Assembly: GCA_013265495.1 (NCBI GenBank)
Contig: PNXW01004639.1
Span: 1-64,000 of the forward strand
DNA: 64,000 nucleotides
Direction: 5' to 3'
DNA from: Vicugna vicugna
Taxonomy: Eukaryota
This document shows, in pieces, positions 39,626 through 51,690 of this stretch. How positions within the stretch are numbered: position 1 is the first letter of the stretch; each line of letters starts with the position of its first letter. A program made the translations under genes and the position numbers. The notes beneath the pieces were generated by a model that searched no databases, was not told the DNA's origin, and saw only the letters and a program-made list of their open reading frames with translations.

Positions 39626-40869
39626 CGGTGTCTCATGAAGAATAAATTTTCTCATTACAGAGATCAAATTTGTAAAATTTGACAAACTGGAGGCTGTGCT
39701 ATACAATGATGCTGTCACCATCTCGTCCACGTTTACCTGGCTCATCTCTTAGTTTGAGCATAACCCTACCCTGACTCATTCCCTCCAGGTGAACATCTTT
39801 TCCAGTCTGATTCTCAGGGAGACTCCAGCCTCGTTAGAACCCGCCTTTCTAGCATGAGCTCCTACTGTTCGTCACCATCAAGTACTTCCAGCTAAGGTGG
39901 CTGACTGGCCATCAGTTAAGCACATCCAAACTTTCATCTCTAATTTTCTCACGTGATTATTTTGTAGCAGGTACAGATCTCAGCCCACAAACTCAGCTTT
40001 CAAGACTTTTAACTTGATTACACCCAGATTTAACTTCATTAAGAGACTTTCTTCAGGCAGAGTTAGAAACTTAATCTCAGTCAAATTGTCCTTCTTTCTC
40101 CCCCCAAAACATACAAATTTGAAAATTGTTCCTCCCTCCTCTCCCTCTCCACAAAAAAGTTAAAAAAAAAATCAAGGGTTCCATCTACTTTCCAGAAGAA
40201 CTCATCTGGTTTGGGTAGTCATCTTTGCAAGCTAGAATTTTCTGAGCTCTCAGTTGCCTACCCTGCACGGGGCAGGTTTGAGTCTTGGTTTCACGCCACG
40301 CTGGGAGCATGAGAGCCTCACTCCCGCAGGGGATCTGGGGATTCTGGCAGCTTTCTCAGACTCATCAGCCTTAACATTCCAAACCCTTTCAACTCTGGGA
40401 TTTTGCTCTTTTCCCAGGAAGTTCCTGTGTATAAGCAGAAGATCTCTGTTTTCAGCTACCCCTACACTTAAAAAGATTAGTGAAAAGGACACTCCTGGCT
40501 CAGTGTCCACTCTCTGTTTGATTCGCACCTGTGTGCTTCCCCTCCCCGGTTTAGAAGGGCTTTATCTGGGCTGCAGGTGGGCAGCAGGGGTCTGGGCAGG
40601 GACTCCTCTCTACTTTCTCACATGTTTGTGGTCTTGGACGTAAGCTCTGCATGTTCCTTTGGAGGGTAGGATTTTGAAACGCTCCCTGTTTTTCGTGTTA
40701 TCTCTGTAAAATGGAGAAGTGGTTTAGAGATGGAGTGAGGCCCAGGATTCAGCCTGCTCCTATCTCTGGCTGATTGCAACCTTCTCGCCACAGAGATAAC
40801 TTCAGGAAATGCACGGCAAAGTCAGCCAGTATGATATGACTCTGGACAAAGTGAGTGCTTCAGAAATAA

Positions 40870-41228
40870 GCCTGGCTTCATTCAGACCAATGGTACGTGA
40901 GGGTCTTCTGGGCTAGAATATTCCTCATTCTTCCGGTCCAGCCTATAGAAGCCATTGCTCTTTCTCCTTTGGGGTGATGTGCGGAGCAAATGAGACATCT
41001 GGCACTGCTGCAGCCTTCTTGCCACCTTGAGGGGAGACCATTTTAGGATGAAGCTGACACCATGAAGGTGGAGCTCAGAGGAGGGAGAATGTCTGTGACT
41101 CTGTCATTAAGCTGTAGTAGCACCAAAGCCTTGCGACCTTCCAGTTATGTAATACAGTCAGTTCATTTTATTGGTTAAACTGAATGGGGTTAGCTTTTGT
41201 GTTATTTTTAACAGGAAAACTCACCAGT
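40870..41228 (+). mobile_element. MLT1 (J/K-like) MaLR LTR
   Basis: 'ctggcactgctgcagccttcttgccaccttgagggg...aggatgaagctgacacc...cttccagttatg...ttttgtgttattttta'. Confidence 0.7.
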
Positions 41229-41297
41229 GTTATAACTGCTATGTTACTATTATCTATCTTTAGTTAGCTTTTCATCTGTTGCTTCTTTTTCATCTAA

Positions 41298-41400
41298 CTC
41301 AAGTGTACATTCTTTGAGAGCAGAAGCCACCTCTTCTGTTTCTATTTCTAGCGCAACACCTAACACATAGTAATGACTTACGAATATTTGTTAACTGGAT
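41298..41400 (+). mobile_element. L2 3' tip
   Basis: 'tgtacattctttgagagcagaagcc...ctagcgcaacacctaacacatagta...aatatttgttaa'. Confidence 0.65.
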
Positions 41401-41779
41401 CATAAAGGGGTCTGGCATGACTAGGTAGTTTAGGCCACCAGTATAGCCCATTCTAAAAATGGTTTAGATAGCTCTGAATTCTTCTGAAAACAAAATTGAA
41501 AACAATCCTTTATTTAAATCAAAGAGTGGTTTATCCTTGACTCTAAAACTGGTGTTTTTCAAACTACATGGTTTCCTCGCCCCTTCTTTAAGGTGACCCT
41601 TTTCTCCCTAAACACTGTCTTCAGACAGTTTCTTCAAGGTCTGGCTCTCGGCCCAGTCTCCACGATGGCCAGTGTCCACCCATTGACAGTGGACACACTA
41701 CATCATCTGGGCAGTAAAACCAGTCATTGAAAACAAAGGTTGTTTTTACTTTGTTATGTTTCTTTAAAAGTATCTGAGG

Positions 41780-42037
41780 TTTTAAGGGATAAATTGGAAG
41801 TTCAAGATTTGCAGATGCTAACTACTATGTGTAAAATAGGTAAACAACAAGTTCATATTGTACAGCACAGGGAACTATATCCAATATCTTGTAGTCACTT
41901 ATGGTGAAAAAGAATATGAAAACAAATATATGTATGTTCATGTATGACTGAAGTGTTGTGCTGTACACCAGAAGTTGACACATTGTAAACTAACAATATG
42001 TCAATAAATATATATAATACCAAAAAAGGAGCAAAAA
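41780..42037 (+). mobile_element. 5'-truncated lineage-specific L1 3' end with perfect 14-bp TSD
   Basis: 'gggataaattggaagttcaagatttgcaga...cagcacagggaactatatccaatatcttgtag...gctgtacaccagaagttgacac'. TSD aaaagtatctgagg at 41766-41779 and 42038-42051, at a TT/AAAA endonuclease site. Confidence 0.92.
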
Positions 42038-43354
42038 AAAAGTATCTGAGGGTTCATACATTTTGCCTCTACGATGGCAGAACATAAAAAAAGGCATTGT
42101 GTGGTCCAATTAAGCATTGCCAAAACCCCCAAATATTTAGGAAATTTTCTCTGTGTGTAAACATTGATCTCAAACTTGTTTTGCTTCCTCTGGGGCAGTA
42201 AGAGCATGGGTCCTGGCCCAGCTACAGACCCTTTGATTTGCTCAACTCAACCTCATAACTGCTCATGAGAAACCCCTGAAGTAAAATTTATCATTATCTC
42301 CGTCAAGTTGTTTGAAAAGTAAATGTTAAGTGAAATAGTTTCATCATATGTTGCAGCTTGTACATCTTCTCCTGTCCTAAAATCCGAATACTACAGCCAA
42401 GATCCAGCCAAATGTCCCATTTGAAGCTTCAAAATAATGTATTCATTGAGGTAACCAAATCTCTTGTAAAGAAACTTACGTTGGATTGGAGTGTAGGTGA
42501 TTATTGTTAGTTTTTTTAAAATTGTGGAGTCTAAAGATTGCCAGTTTTTCTTAAACTCTTTCAAGGTTATTTTGTCTTTCCCATTCTTGGCCTGCAGTGT
42601 CACGGGGAGCTACCCTCTGTCCTAATTCAGTGCTGCCTCGTTGCAGAGGTTTTCGCTATCACTTGCTTTCTGCTGTTTTTCATGAACCCCTTGTTAATTT
42701 TCGAGACAGTTGACTCTAGTCTAGAAACTCTTGTCTTATGCCTGTATCTGAAAGACTAAACGGACAAGCATGGAAGAGCTCCAGTTTCTGGTTTTCCTGT
42801 TTCTTTTGTTTGTTTATTTTAGTTTCTGAATATTACTGAGTTTTCTATAGAAGTTCACACAACAACCACAGTTTACTAACATTATAACAAAAATGATTTT
42901 AAAACCAAATATTTTCATAAATTCCTCTCTGGAACCTCTGATCCAGAGATTTTAGCCAAAAATAAGTATGTTTCTATGTTACAGTTTTTAAAGTATAAGG
43001 CACTTTGTACCATAGCTTCTGATATCATAGAGGTGTGAGCGACAATGAGACACTGACTTTCCAGAGACATGATAACTCTGAGCATGTTGTTTTATTGTTT
43101 TCTTCCTTTTTTCTTTTGTCTCTTTTTTCCCCCTACTCTTCTTTTCCACTTACAAAACTAAATGAAGCCTATCCCAGAAATCTGGTGGTTTAAAAAAAAG
43201 GCATAGTATTATATGACTCACTTAAAAAAGTTGAAAACAGCCCTCTTGAGAAATCGGAAGGCAGAGTGACACTGGGAGAGAAGCTGAGCTGGGAGCGCAG
43301 AGAACTAGACGGTCAGGTTTGCAGTAATGGTTGTGATGCTAGACAAGTATGTGA

Positions 43355-43950
43355 TAGCCATCCATTCTGATTTCACTAAGTACTGGAATTAATCTGTGCC
43401 AAGCCCTCCACCGACGGCTATGACTACATGCAGGACAGGAAGGCGGATGGTGTCCGTGGTCACCTGGGTTACATTCTCGTGGGAGAAACGCTCTAGTACA
43501 TGGGCAGTTACATGTGGTCAGTGCTACGGACAGAGAGATCAAGGACTTGCGAGGAACTATGATAAGGACGACACTCCCCACCTTAGGGGTCAAGGAAGGC
43601 TTTTTTAGAGAAAGATGCCCTGTACTCAGAAATTGAATAGTAAGTATGAATTTTGCCAGGTAAGCACAGGCAGAGAAAGCAAGAGGGCAGGGGGTGAAGG
43701 GAACTGCATGAAGTTCAGCATGCATGTATCACAGAGCAGGTGTCTACCCGGAGGTCCGGGAGCAAGGGAGCAACGTGAGGGGGCTGGGTACGTAAGATAA
43801 GGCTGGACAGGAAGCACGAGCAGGAAGTGCTGTTAGAAAGGGGGCAGCAGAAACCGACAGCGTAGAGGGACTCTTGGTCAGTGCTGACAGAACAGTCAGG
43901 CCAGAGGACAGGAAGACGGTGGGCACCAGTCTTGAGCATTTGGATCGAGT
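43355..43950 (-). mobile_element. L2 LINE fragment
   Basis: 'ttacattctcgtgggagaaac', 'ggggtcaaggaaggctttttagaga', 'gaattttgccaggtaa', 'gggaactgcatgaa'. Confidence 0.7.
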
Positions 43951-44264
43951 AAAACATCACATTCAAGAAAACATGTGACACTCTTCCTTGTCTCTGTAGC
44001 AATCTTTATTTCTGTTTGATTTCATAAGAATAGGAAAGAGTCAGAAACAGTCATTAAAAAATAACAACAAAGAAAATGCAAATTCCTTGAGATTAATAAC
44101 TCAACTCTGTTAGCTTTGTCCTGGAATTCTGATACTAAATTTTCCCCACTTGCGAAAACAATGAGGTTTGTGCAAACCATGGTAATTAAGTGGTTCGTGG
44201 AAACATAGAACGGTAGAATGGAAAAGATGGTGAGCAGATGGTTGAAGTTGGGTATTTTTCGGTG

Positions 44265-44915
44265 CCTATTTTTTCTCAATATTAAAACCGTCACATAATA
44301 ACATGTTAATATATTTTGGTAGTCACAGGAAAGTGGGAGAAAGGAAAAATATTCACCCTCTTCCACTGTCATTTTGGAGTATCCTTCTGGAACACATCGT
44401 TAATAAAATAGATATGCTCGTGCTTTATGTATAAGCTTCTAAATTTAGTTCTCTTAGTGCATGTCATATGTAGTTTTCCGTGGTACAACAAGTCCTTTAT
44501 AATATCTTAATGACTTGTGTAATATACCATAAAGTGTCTCTGTACATATATATACACACACACACACACACGTGTATACCATCTCCCTAAAGATGTGTAC
44601 ACTTAGGATTTTTACATTATAAACAATTTTGGTTAGTATTATTTAATAGGTTGATTATTTAAGAAGTAATTCATGCTAAACACTGTGCTAAGTGCTGCAT
44701 GTACAATGATTGGTAAGAAGCAAAAATTGGTTGTAAGGAATTTGCTGTCTTCTTGGTCAAAAAGCCCTTCCCATAGGGAGGATAATTCCTTTAGGATGGA
44801 TTTCCAAATGTGAAAAAAAAAAGTTTGAACTTAGTAAAGACTCTTGATTTCTTAAAAGGCCATGCCAGTTCACAGTCCTTTCAGAAATAGGTGAAAGAAA
44901 TGTGTTTGCTGTTAT
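44265..44915 (-). mobile_element. Ancient L1ME 3' fragment (contains most of arm 2 of the inverted duplication, 44506-44933)
   Basis: Antisense L1ME 3' motifs ('cactgtcattttggagtatccttct', 'ttaatgacttgtgtaatataccat', 'aggataattcctttaggatggatttccaaatgtg'). Confidence 0.65.
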
Positions 44916-45475
44916 CATTTAATCCAGACTCTTTTCTTTATGACTGACATTAAACTAACTCAAACTGGGGTAAGTTAAAAAAAACAAAGTGGTGGTGGGC
45001 GGGGGGACGAGGACGTTGGTATAAGCTTGAATAACTGAATGAGGGCAGGTAGTGTTGGCTCTGGGCATTGAGAGAACCAGCGGCCCAAACAAGGCATCTG
45101 GGCTCCCTGCCTTCAGGCTTCACGGCCCTGTTTTTCCCTGTGATGGCTTCACTCAGGCAGGCTCTGTACCCGGGGGGAATACAGATACTCCAGGTTTCCT
45201 CCTCCTCATTGCACGTCTAGCCACCAGAGTGCTGTCTGCACATTTCAGTAGTTTCGAGAAATGTCCCACAGTTGACTTTTATTGGCCTGACTTGGTCCTT
45301 GGAACAGATCCCTGTGCCGTGAAAGGATATCTGCTGATGGACAAGGCCTGGATTTCACGCTCACTCCAAAGACACGAATGAGCATCTGAGAGAAGAGGCT
45401 TCATAACTGAAACAAGGCTGAGTCTGCTCCCATCAGAAGAAGAGGGAGTGGGTACTGGGGGCGCAAACGTGATCC
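44915..45475 (-). mobile_element. MLT1 (J/K-like) MaLR LTR
   Basis: 'aactaactcaaactggggtaag', 'tggcttcactcaggcaggctct', 'attggcctgacttggtc', 'agaagagggagtgggtactgg'. Confidence 0.65.
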
Positions 45476-45999
45476 CCCCAAAACTGGTAATGTCATCTGT
45501 GAAGCAGATGAGAAAGTCGAACGCAAGAGGTGGAATAACTCAATGTCCTCCCGCTAACTAGGCACAGCACGGAGAACAGGGCCCAAATCCATGTCCTCAG
45601 ACCTCAGTGATGTTTAGATGATGCTACATGCCCTCTTTTCACTGTCAGCAAATAACTGGGCACCTGTCACATGTAAGGTCTTGCTCTTTAAAGTAGCTTT
45701 AAATTTAGTTGGAAAAGACAATAAGCCACCTGCTAAGGGACATAAATAAACAAATAAATAGATTAAGTGGAGAGAGGCAGAGGAGAGCCTTACGAATGAG
45801 GTGGCAGGCCAGGGTAAACCAAAAATTAGACTGTCTTTGTTGTGATGACCAAAGAATTTTTTTTTTGGCAGGGGGCCCTAACATGCCTCCAAAAAAACGC
45901 TTTCCCTGAGAATGTCTCAGTCCCCTTTGCCCCACCTTGACGAGCATGTGGCCCTGGCAGCCATGCGTGGACCATGTCACTTTGAACACCAAGCTCAGG

Positions 46000-46333
46000 C
46001 TATGCTATGCATCCCCCCCCAAAATTCACATGTGGAAGCCCACATCCCCAGCGTGATGGTGTTTGGGCCCTTAGGAGGTGCTAAGGTCATGAGGGTGGAG
46101 CCCCCATGAATGAGATCAGTGCCCTTATGAGGGGAGACTCAGGAGAGGTGGCCTCTCTCGCCTCCACCAGAAGACACAGCAAGGTGATGGCCATCTGCAA
46201 GCCAGGGGGAGACTGACCACATCCCACCATGCTGGGATCTCGGACATTTCAGCCTAGACCTGTGGCAAACAAACATCGGTTGCTTAAGCCACCCAGGTTA
46301 TGATGTCTGTTCCAGCAGCCTGAGCAGACGGGG
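46000..46333 (+). mobile_element. MLT1A-type LTR nested in an older MLT1 (flanks ~45840-45999 and ~46334-46600)
   Basis: 'cccccaaaattcacatgtggaagcc...ggtcatgagggtggagcccccatgaatgagatcagtgcccttat...gaagacacagcaaggtgatggccatctgcaagccagg...ttaagccacccagg...cagcagcctgagcagac'. Confidence 0.88.
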
Positions 46334-47529
46334 ATTTGGTCAGAGGGGGACACCTGACCCGAACTGGGCCAATCGAATTCCCTCCCATAGCAACTTGGAC
46401 AGAGCTATTCGAGACAGTTCTACAGTCTCAACGAGAAACCAGAACTCCCCAGAGGGCTGGCCTTATGTGCAGTTTGATGTTCAGACAAGCAGCAGGCTCA
46501 AGAGATTACCTGGCCCTAGAGAGACTCCTGGATTTCTGTCAGTTTCTCAGTTTGCGGTTCTGGCTTTTGTGAGGCAGTCACAGTTTCTGTGCCTTTAGGA
46601 CGTTACATCAGCCCTCATCCTTCGCTGGACTTCTTCAACTCCATTTCTAGTGTTTCCCAGAAAACATACTGAGTATGACTTTGGTCCTCACGCTCATCTT
46701 TTTCTCAGTTGCCATGAGTTGAATCCTAATACTTCCTTACATTACTTCACTCATTTCAAAATCCTAAGATGAATCTTGTTGCTACAAGGTTCTGTTGGTT
46801 TAATCTCTTTGCTTTCATTCTTCCATAAGCTCCAAACAATTTACAGTATAAATAATTTTGTTTATGGTGTAGTCTTTTCAAACAAGAATAAGTAAGTTTC
46901 AGCTAATGTGTCCTAAGAAAAGGAATCATTTTTTCAAGCTGGTTAAAGTTTTGCCTAAGTTTCTAAGAGAAGATGCAGTTTGTTGCTCGTAAACAATGGA
47001 CAGTTCTGTTTGGAAGGAATTTTGCTAAGTATTTTACGTAAACACGTCTTCCAGTAACATAAATATCTGCCATTAGCTGACTACTCTTCTTATGTACGAA
47101 GCTACCCGATACAGCCACACAAACTCTACCTTTCCCAGGAAAGACCCCTAGGTCTTGATGAATTGCTCAGCCAGAGGCAGGACCTTAGCCAGAAGCACTG
47201 TATCTGTACGTGGGGTGCACGCATCCAGGGAAAATCGCGTCCGATATTCCCACATTCTTTGGCCCAAAACTTTGTTTAAAAATCAAGTTGATTTAAGTAA
47301 ATATCAAATAAATACCAAGGGCAGCTGTGGTAACAGAACATCACAGAAAGGCATGCACGAGGATGTAAGCAGTGGGGGGAGCATCCGGAAGTCTTTATTT
47401 TGTTCAAGAAGATAAAGCAGGATTGTGTGATTATTGCACGAATGAGGATATAGGGTCCCCTCTTTTCCCGGGGTCCATCCACCACTACTTCCCTCCATTT
47501 TTCCCAATAGAGAATAAAGGGGACCACGG

Positions 47530-48200
47530 AAAACTGGTACTGGTTTACCTACTCAGGAAGCAAATACGTGCTGAGTAGAGATTGTGTGCTAGCCTCAGTA
47601 CTGACCAAGGCGGGTCGCGGTGGTGAGAAGGGGCACGTGTTTCTGTGACGTCTGTCTTCAGTCTAGAGGAAGATGCGGGTACTTGTGCAGGGACGGAGGA
47701 CACAGTGGAGCGTGTGCAGCAGAAGGGGAAGAGCACGTGGCCCAGGGAGCAGAGGCTTTCCGGCAGAAAGTCACATCTTTTCTGGGCATATTCAGGCAGG
47801 AAAGGTGGAGAGAGATGGAGACCAGTCCACGCACAGGAAGTGCAGGATCGAGCCCCGGAGACAAGAGAGGTCTGGGAAGGTGGTGAGTCTGAAAGTTGTC
47901 CAGTCGGCGCCGCATTTGCTCAAGTCCGAGGTGCGCCGCCCTAAGTCGGGGCCGGGAGGGGAGCCAGCAGGCAGTGGTAAGGGCTGAGGAGGGCTGTGAG
48001 CCCCACTGAGACGCTGGTGTTAAGGGAGGGGTTCAGGCGGGCAGTGATACAGGAAGTATGTAGTTAGAAAGTTTGTTCTCAGAGGAGTGTAGAGAGGATA
48101 TTGAAAGGGGAAAAACCTCAAAGCAGAGAGACCAGAGACCAGGTATAGACACTCATCCAGGCTGAAAGGACTGCAGGGAGGCAGCGCAGGTGGACGGATT
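47530..48200 (-). mobile_element. L2 LINE fragment, locally CpG-rich
   Basis: 'cagtctagaggaaga', 'gagccccactgagacg...ttcaggcgggcagtgatac...tagttagaaag...gtagagagga', 'catccaggctgaaagg'. Confidence 0.55.
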
Positions 48201-48379
48201 TGTCAGGGACTGCGTGATGCTTTTGGCACCTGAAATGCCAGCCCTCTGAGCGCTCAGCTGAACAGGTATCCCCGTGTCTTTCAGCATCCCTCCCTGTCAC
48301 CTGAACAGGGCGGTATGCCACTAGGTCACAGCAGAGGCAGGATTCCCTCTTTCTTGTTAGTTGCCCACCTGGAAAATAG

Positions 48380-48860
48380 ATTTGTGACAATCCCCTGTCT
48401 CCCTTCTTTCTCCCTAAAAGAAACATGATTTGTTCAGAGAGACCAGGTGGCCACAAAGCTTCTGCTGGCAGGTTTCCTTGCCATCAGTGTGGCCCTCTGA
48501 TATATTCTAGCTACGAGAGGGCAGTCTCCTGGGTGGAGCCAAATAGAGAAAAAGAGGCAGGAAAAATTAAAAAGCCACTTGCTTTGTTTTGTTTGCTCGG
48601 GACCCTCCTTTCTGTCTGTGAAGCACACGTGTTGCCTGGAGGTAGAGCTGCCACCTTGTAACCATGGAAACAAAGGCCAAATACTGATGGTGATGCAGAG
48701 AGGAAAAGGGAAGCTAAGACACAGATAACTTAGTGGGACCACCTCACCAGCCCCGTCTGTCTCCCTCCAGGCTGCTCTTGTGTGAGGAAAAATCAACCTT
48801 TGCTTGATTAAGCCCCTGCAGTCTGTCTCTTTTACATTCAGCTGAAAACACAGTTACGCT
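48380..48860 (+). mobile_element. MLT1 (H/I/J-like) MaLR LTR
   Basis: 'gtgttgcctggaggtagagctgccaccttgtaaccatg', 'gctcttgtgtgaggaaaaatcaacc...ttaagccc...cagctgaaaacaca'. Confidence 0.7.
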
Positions 48861-50159
48861 AGCCCTTTTCTTTGCCGTTTGACAGAGCCCTGGTTTTCCT
48901 CTGTATTTTCAGTTTTTTACCGAAGTAGTAAAATGAGCGATGTATAAATGAACACACCGGCCCTCCACCTCAGCTTTCCAGGCAGATCTCTGTGAGGGAA
49001 GCACTTAGGGTGATATCCTCGAGGTCTTCTGAGAAGCTGGGATAATTTTTCTCCAAAAGACCTTGTAGAAGTATTCAGTTCCCTTTCAGAGCTCTGGCCA
49101 TTTACAGTTTTCACAGTCACAGAGGGAGAATCAAAGGAAATTGGATTTATTCAGGTAAGTAAACTCTCTCATTTCCACAAAGTAATAGTGAAGAAGAAAA
49201 AAGGAAGATAAAGTTTAACTTATTCATTAAACGTGACATATTGTTCCATCCTGCAGACTGGCTGACTGTTTCAGAGACCGCGTCTTGTCCTTGGAGTGGT
49301 ACAGGCCCCGCGTGAAGTCTGTGCCCCTGACCCACCGAACCCCAGGGGCACTATGCGCTCACTCAGGTGATCTTCCAGTAAACACTTACGAAGGGCCTGT
49401 ACCAACTGCTCACGTTATACTGGCTGTTGGAAATCAAAGACCAGCAGAAGTCCCATCCCTGACTTCAAGGAAGGTACCATCTGCCACTTAACAAGGGACA
49501 CTTAACAAGCCACCTGTGGTACAAACCCCCGCACAGCCCAGTGGGCAGGGAGGAGGGGTGGGGGCTCCAGTCGGAGGATAACCACGTGCCCACGGGAGGT
49601 GCAGCTCCTGAGTGAGTCTGAGTCTGCAGCATCATTTGCCAGGGGAATAAGGTGTCGCTCTCAGCCCCAGGAAGCAGGGTCATTAAATAAGGCACAAACA
49701 GTGACAAAAGGAACATGTCAGGGGCTTGGATGGACATGAGGAACCATGGACACACAGGAAACAGCAATGTGATCAAATCTAAATCTGGGTGTTAGAAGGA
49801 CCATTCTAGAAGCATTGACATGGACAGTCATGAGGTCTCTCCCTGGACAAAGCGAAATGATTTACTGTTGCCACACAAGTTTCGGATCGTGAGACCTTAA
49901 GCTTCCAAGGGTAGAAGCAGTCTGAGGATGAGAGAGCAAAACTTTAAAATGCAAAGAATGTACATGAAAAAAGCTTAGCTCCTGATGGGCAGCAGATGGG
50001 AAGGCAGTTCCAGGGAGAAGGCCCACGTTTCCTTTTGGAGGACGTGGTTCATTGTGGTTCTCCTCTCTGAAACAGGAAACGGAGAGGAAGGACTAGGTTT
50101 GAGGGAGAAAGATTTTCACTCCGGCTTTAGACTGGGCACTGTTGTGGTCTGGTGGCAGG

Positions 50160-50320
50160 TGCATTTGGAGGAAGACAGAGTTCACTTCAAACCCCAGCTC
50201 TGTGGTGGAGAATATGGCCTCTCTTCTCCTGTTCCCCCCATGAGCCATGATTCCGCCTGTAAAATGAGGGTCATAATTCCTCCCTTGCAGAATCATTTTC
50301 TCCAGCACTTCATATAAGAG
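50160..50320 (+). mobile_element. MIR fragment
   Basis: 'gacagagttcacttcaaaccccagctctg...ctgtaaaatgagggtcataattcctcccttgcag'. Confidence 0.6.
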
Positions 50321-50589
50321 GCTAACAGTGTGATGGTGACCATCATTACCTTGGCGATGGGGTCCCTACGTGAAATCCAGGTGAAATTCTTCTGCTGTTG
50401 TTGGAGAGCAGAGAAACGTTAGTGCGTATGTGTTTGTTGGCACCAAATAAGTGTATTAAATTTATGTTCATCTAAAATAAACAAATAAATAATAAAAAAT
50501 AAATTAAGGTAGTCTAACAGTAAGAGGGACGCAGTGAAGGTCAGGAAAGGGTGGATGTCTTCGGCAAGGAAGGAAACATCTATTTTACA

Positions 50590-50775
50590 GATTACTTTGT
50601 GCCCAGCAAATGTATCTGCATTTTCTCATTTCAACGTCACTTGAACCCAGAGCTCTTGTCTCAAATTCAACTAATAAGAAAAGTGACATTCAGGGACAGG
50701 AAGTGGCTTTCCCATGGCCTTACAGCCAGTAGGTCCTTCATGGAATTGAGTCCTGATTGACCACAAAGCCAAGCT
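50590..50775 (-). mobile_element. MIR fragment
   Basis: 'tactttgtgccc...tctcatttcaacgtcac...aagaaaagtgacattcaggg...aagtggctttcccatggccttacagccagtagg'. Confidence 0.6.
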
Positions 50776-50859
50776 GGTGTCACCACGCTGGTGTGTGTGT
50801 TTCCCCCTTCTCTGTTCTTCCTTTCCCCATTTGCCACCAAACCCTTTGCTGGGTAAGCG

Positions 50860-51325
50860 ACACCGTCAGTGACATGCTGCCGGCGGCGTGGCACCCAGAG
50901 GGGTAACAATGCTGGCCTGGGAGAGCGCGTACCAGGGTCAGCGCTCCGGGCCCCGGGCACGTTGCAAGAACAAACAGTTCTTAGGTCTAGGAAGAGTGCA
51001 GTGTTGTTTTTCTGGAAAGTAAATCAAATAAGATTAAAAAAACCCCCAAAAACAGAAAACACGGTCTTTCCTTCTTCAATCAAGAATAAATGCTGAACAC
51101 TGGAATTTGACACAACATTGTAAAATGATTATAAATCAATAAAAAAAAGTTTAAAAAAAAAAAGAATAAATGCCCGGCGGGGACTGGGCGGGGTCGGGGG
51201 GGCGAGGCGTCTCCCTCACCTCCGAGGGGTCCGGAGCAGATGCGTTTGGGCTGCGGCTGCAGCCCGAGCGGCGGGAGGCGCACTCCGCCCTCTGCTGAGC
51301 GAGCTCCCGGCTGCATGGGAGCCAC
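50860..51325. promoter_or_regulatory. Small CpG-rich candidate regulatory element (GC box, G-quadruplex motif, CTCF-like site)
   Basis: Dense CpGs at 50860-50965 and 51174-51310. GC box GGGCGGGG, four G-runs at 51179-51202, and CCGCCCTCTGCTGA at 51285-51298. Confidence 0.5.
51094..51161 (+). mobile_element. 68-bp young L1 3' tip with perfect 12-bp TSD
   Basis: 'actggaatttgacacaacattgtaaaatgattataaatcaataaaaaa' matches the L1 tail at ~18233-18280. TSD aagaataaatgc at 51082-51093 and 51162-51173. Confidence 0.92.
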
Positions 51326-51544
51326 TTCTGGAGGCAGTTGGGTTTTTTCTTTTTTCTTTTTCTTATCTTATGCATAATTTTTTTATTTCTACGTGTTTAC
51401 CTGTATCACATCACAGATTGGTAAATGGCAGCAACCTTTAACCTTCCTTTAAAGATACAGAAACCAAGGCAGACACGCAGATACTCGATCCGAGCCAGAT
51501 ATGCTGCCTTCACTTTAACGTCTCTATAAAGTGACTGCAGTGCA

Positions 51545-51690
51545 CGTGCTTCACTTGGGGGTTTGTATAAAAGGAGCCCAGCCCCAGTCACTGACTCAGT
51601 CTTGGGCAAAGCCCATGAATTTGCATTTTTAACAAATAAACACATACGCTGAGATAGGTTTTCCACAGAGCATGTTTTGACGAACATGCA
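51545..51690. mobile_element. MER5-type hAT fragment
   Basis: 'cccagccccagtcactgactcagtcttggg...gcccatgaatttgcatttttaacaa'. Confidence 0.6.
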
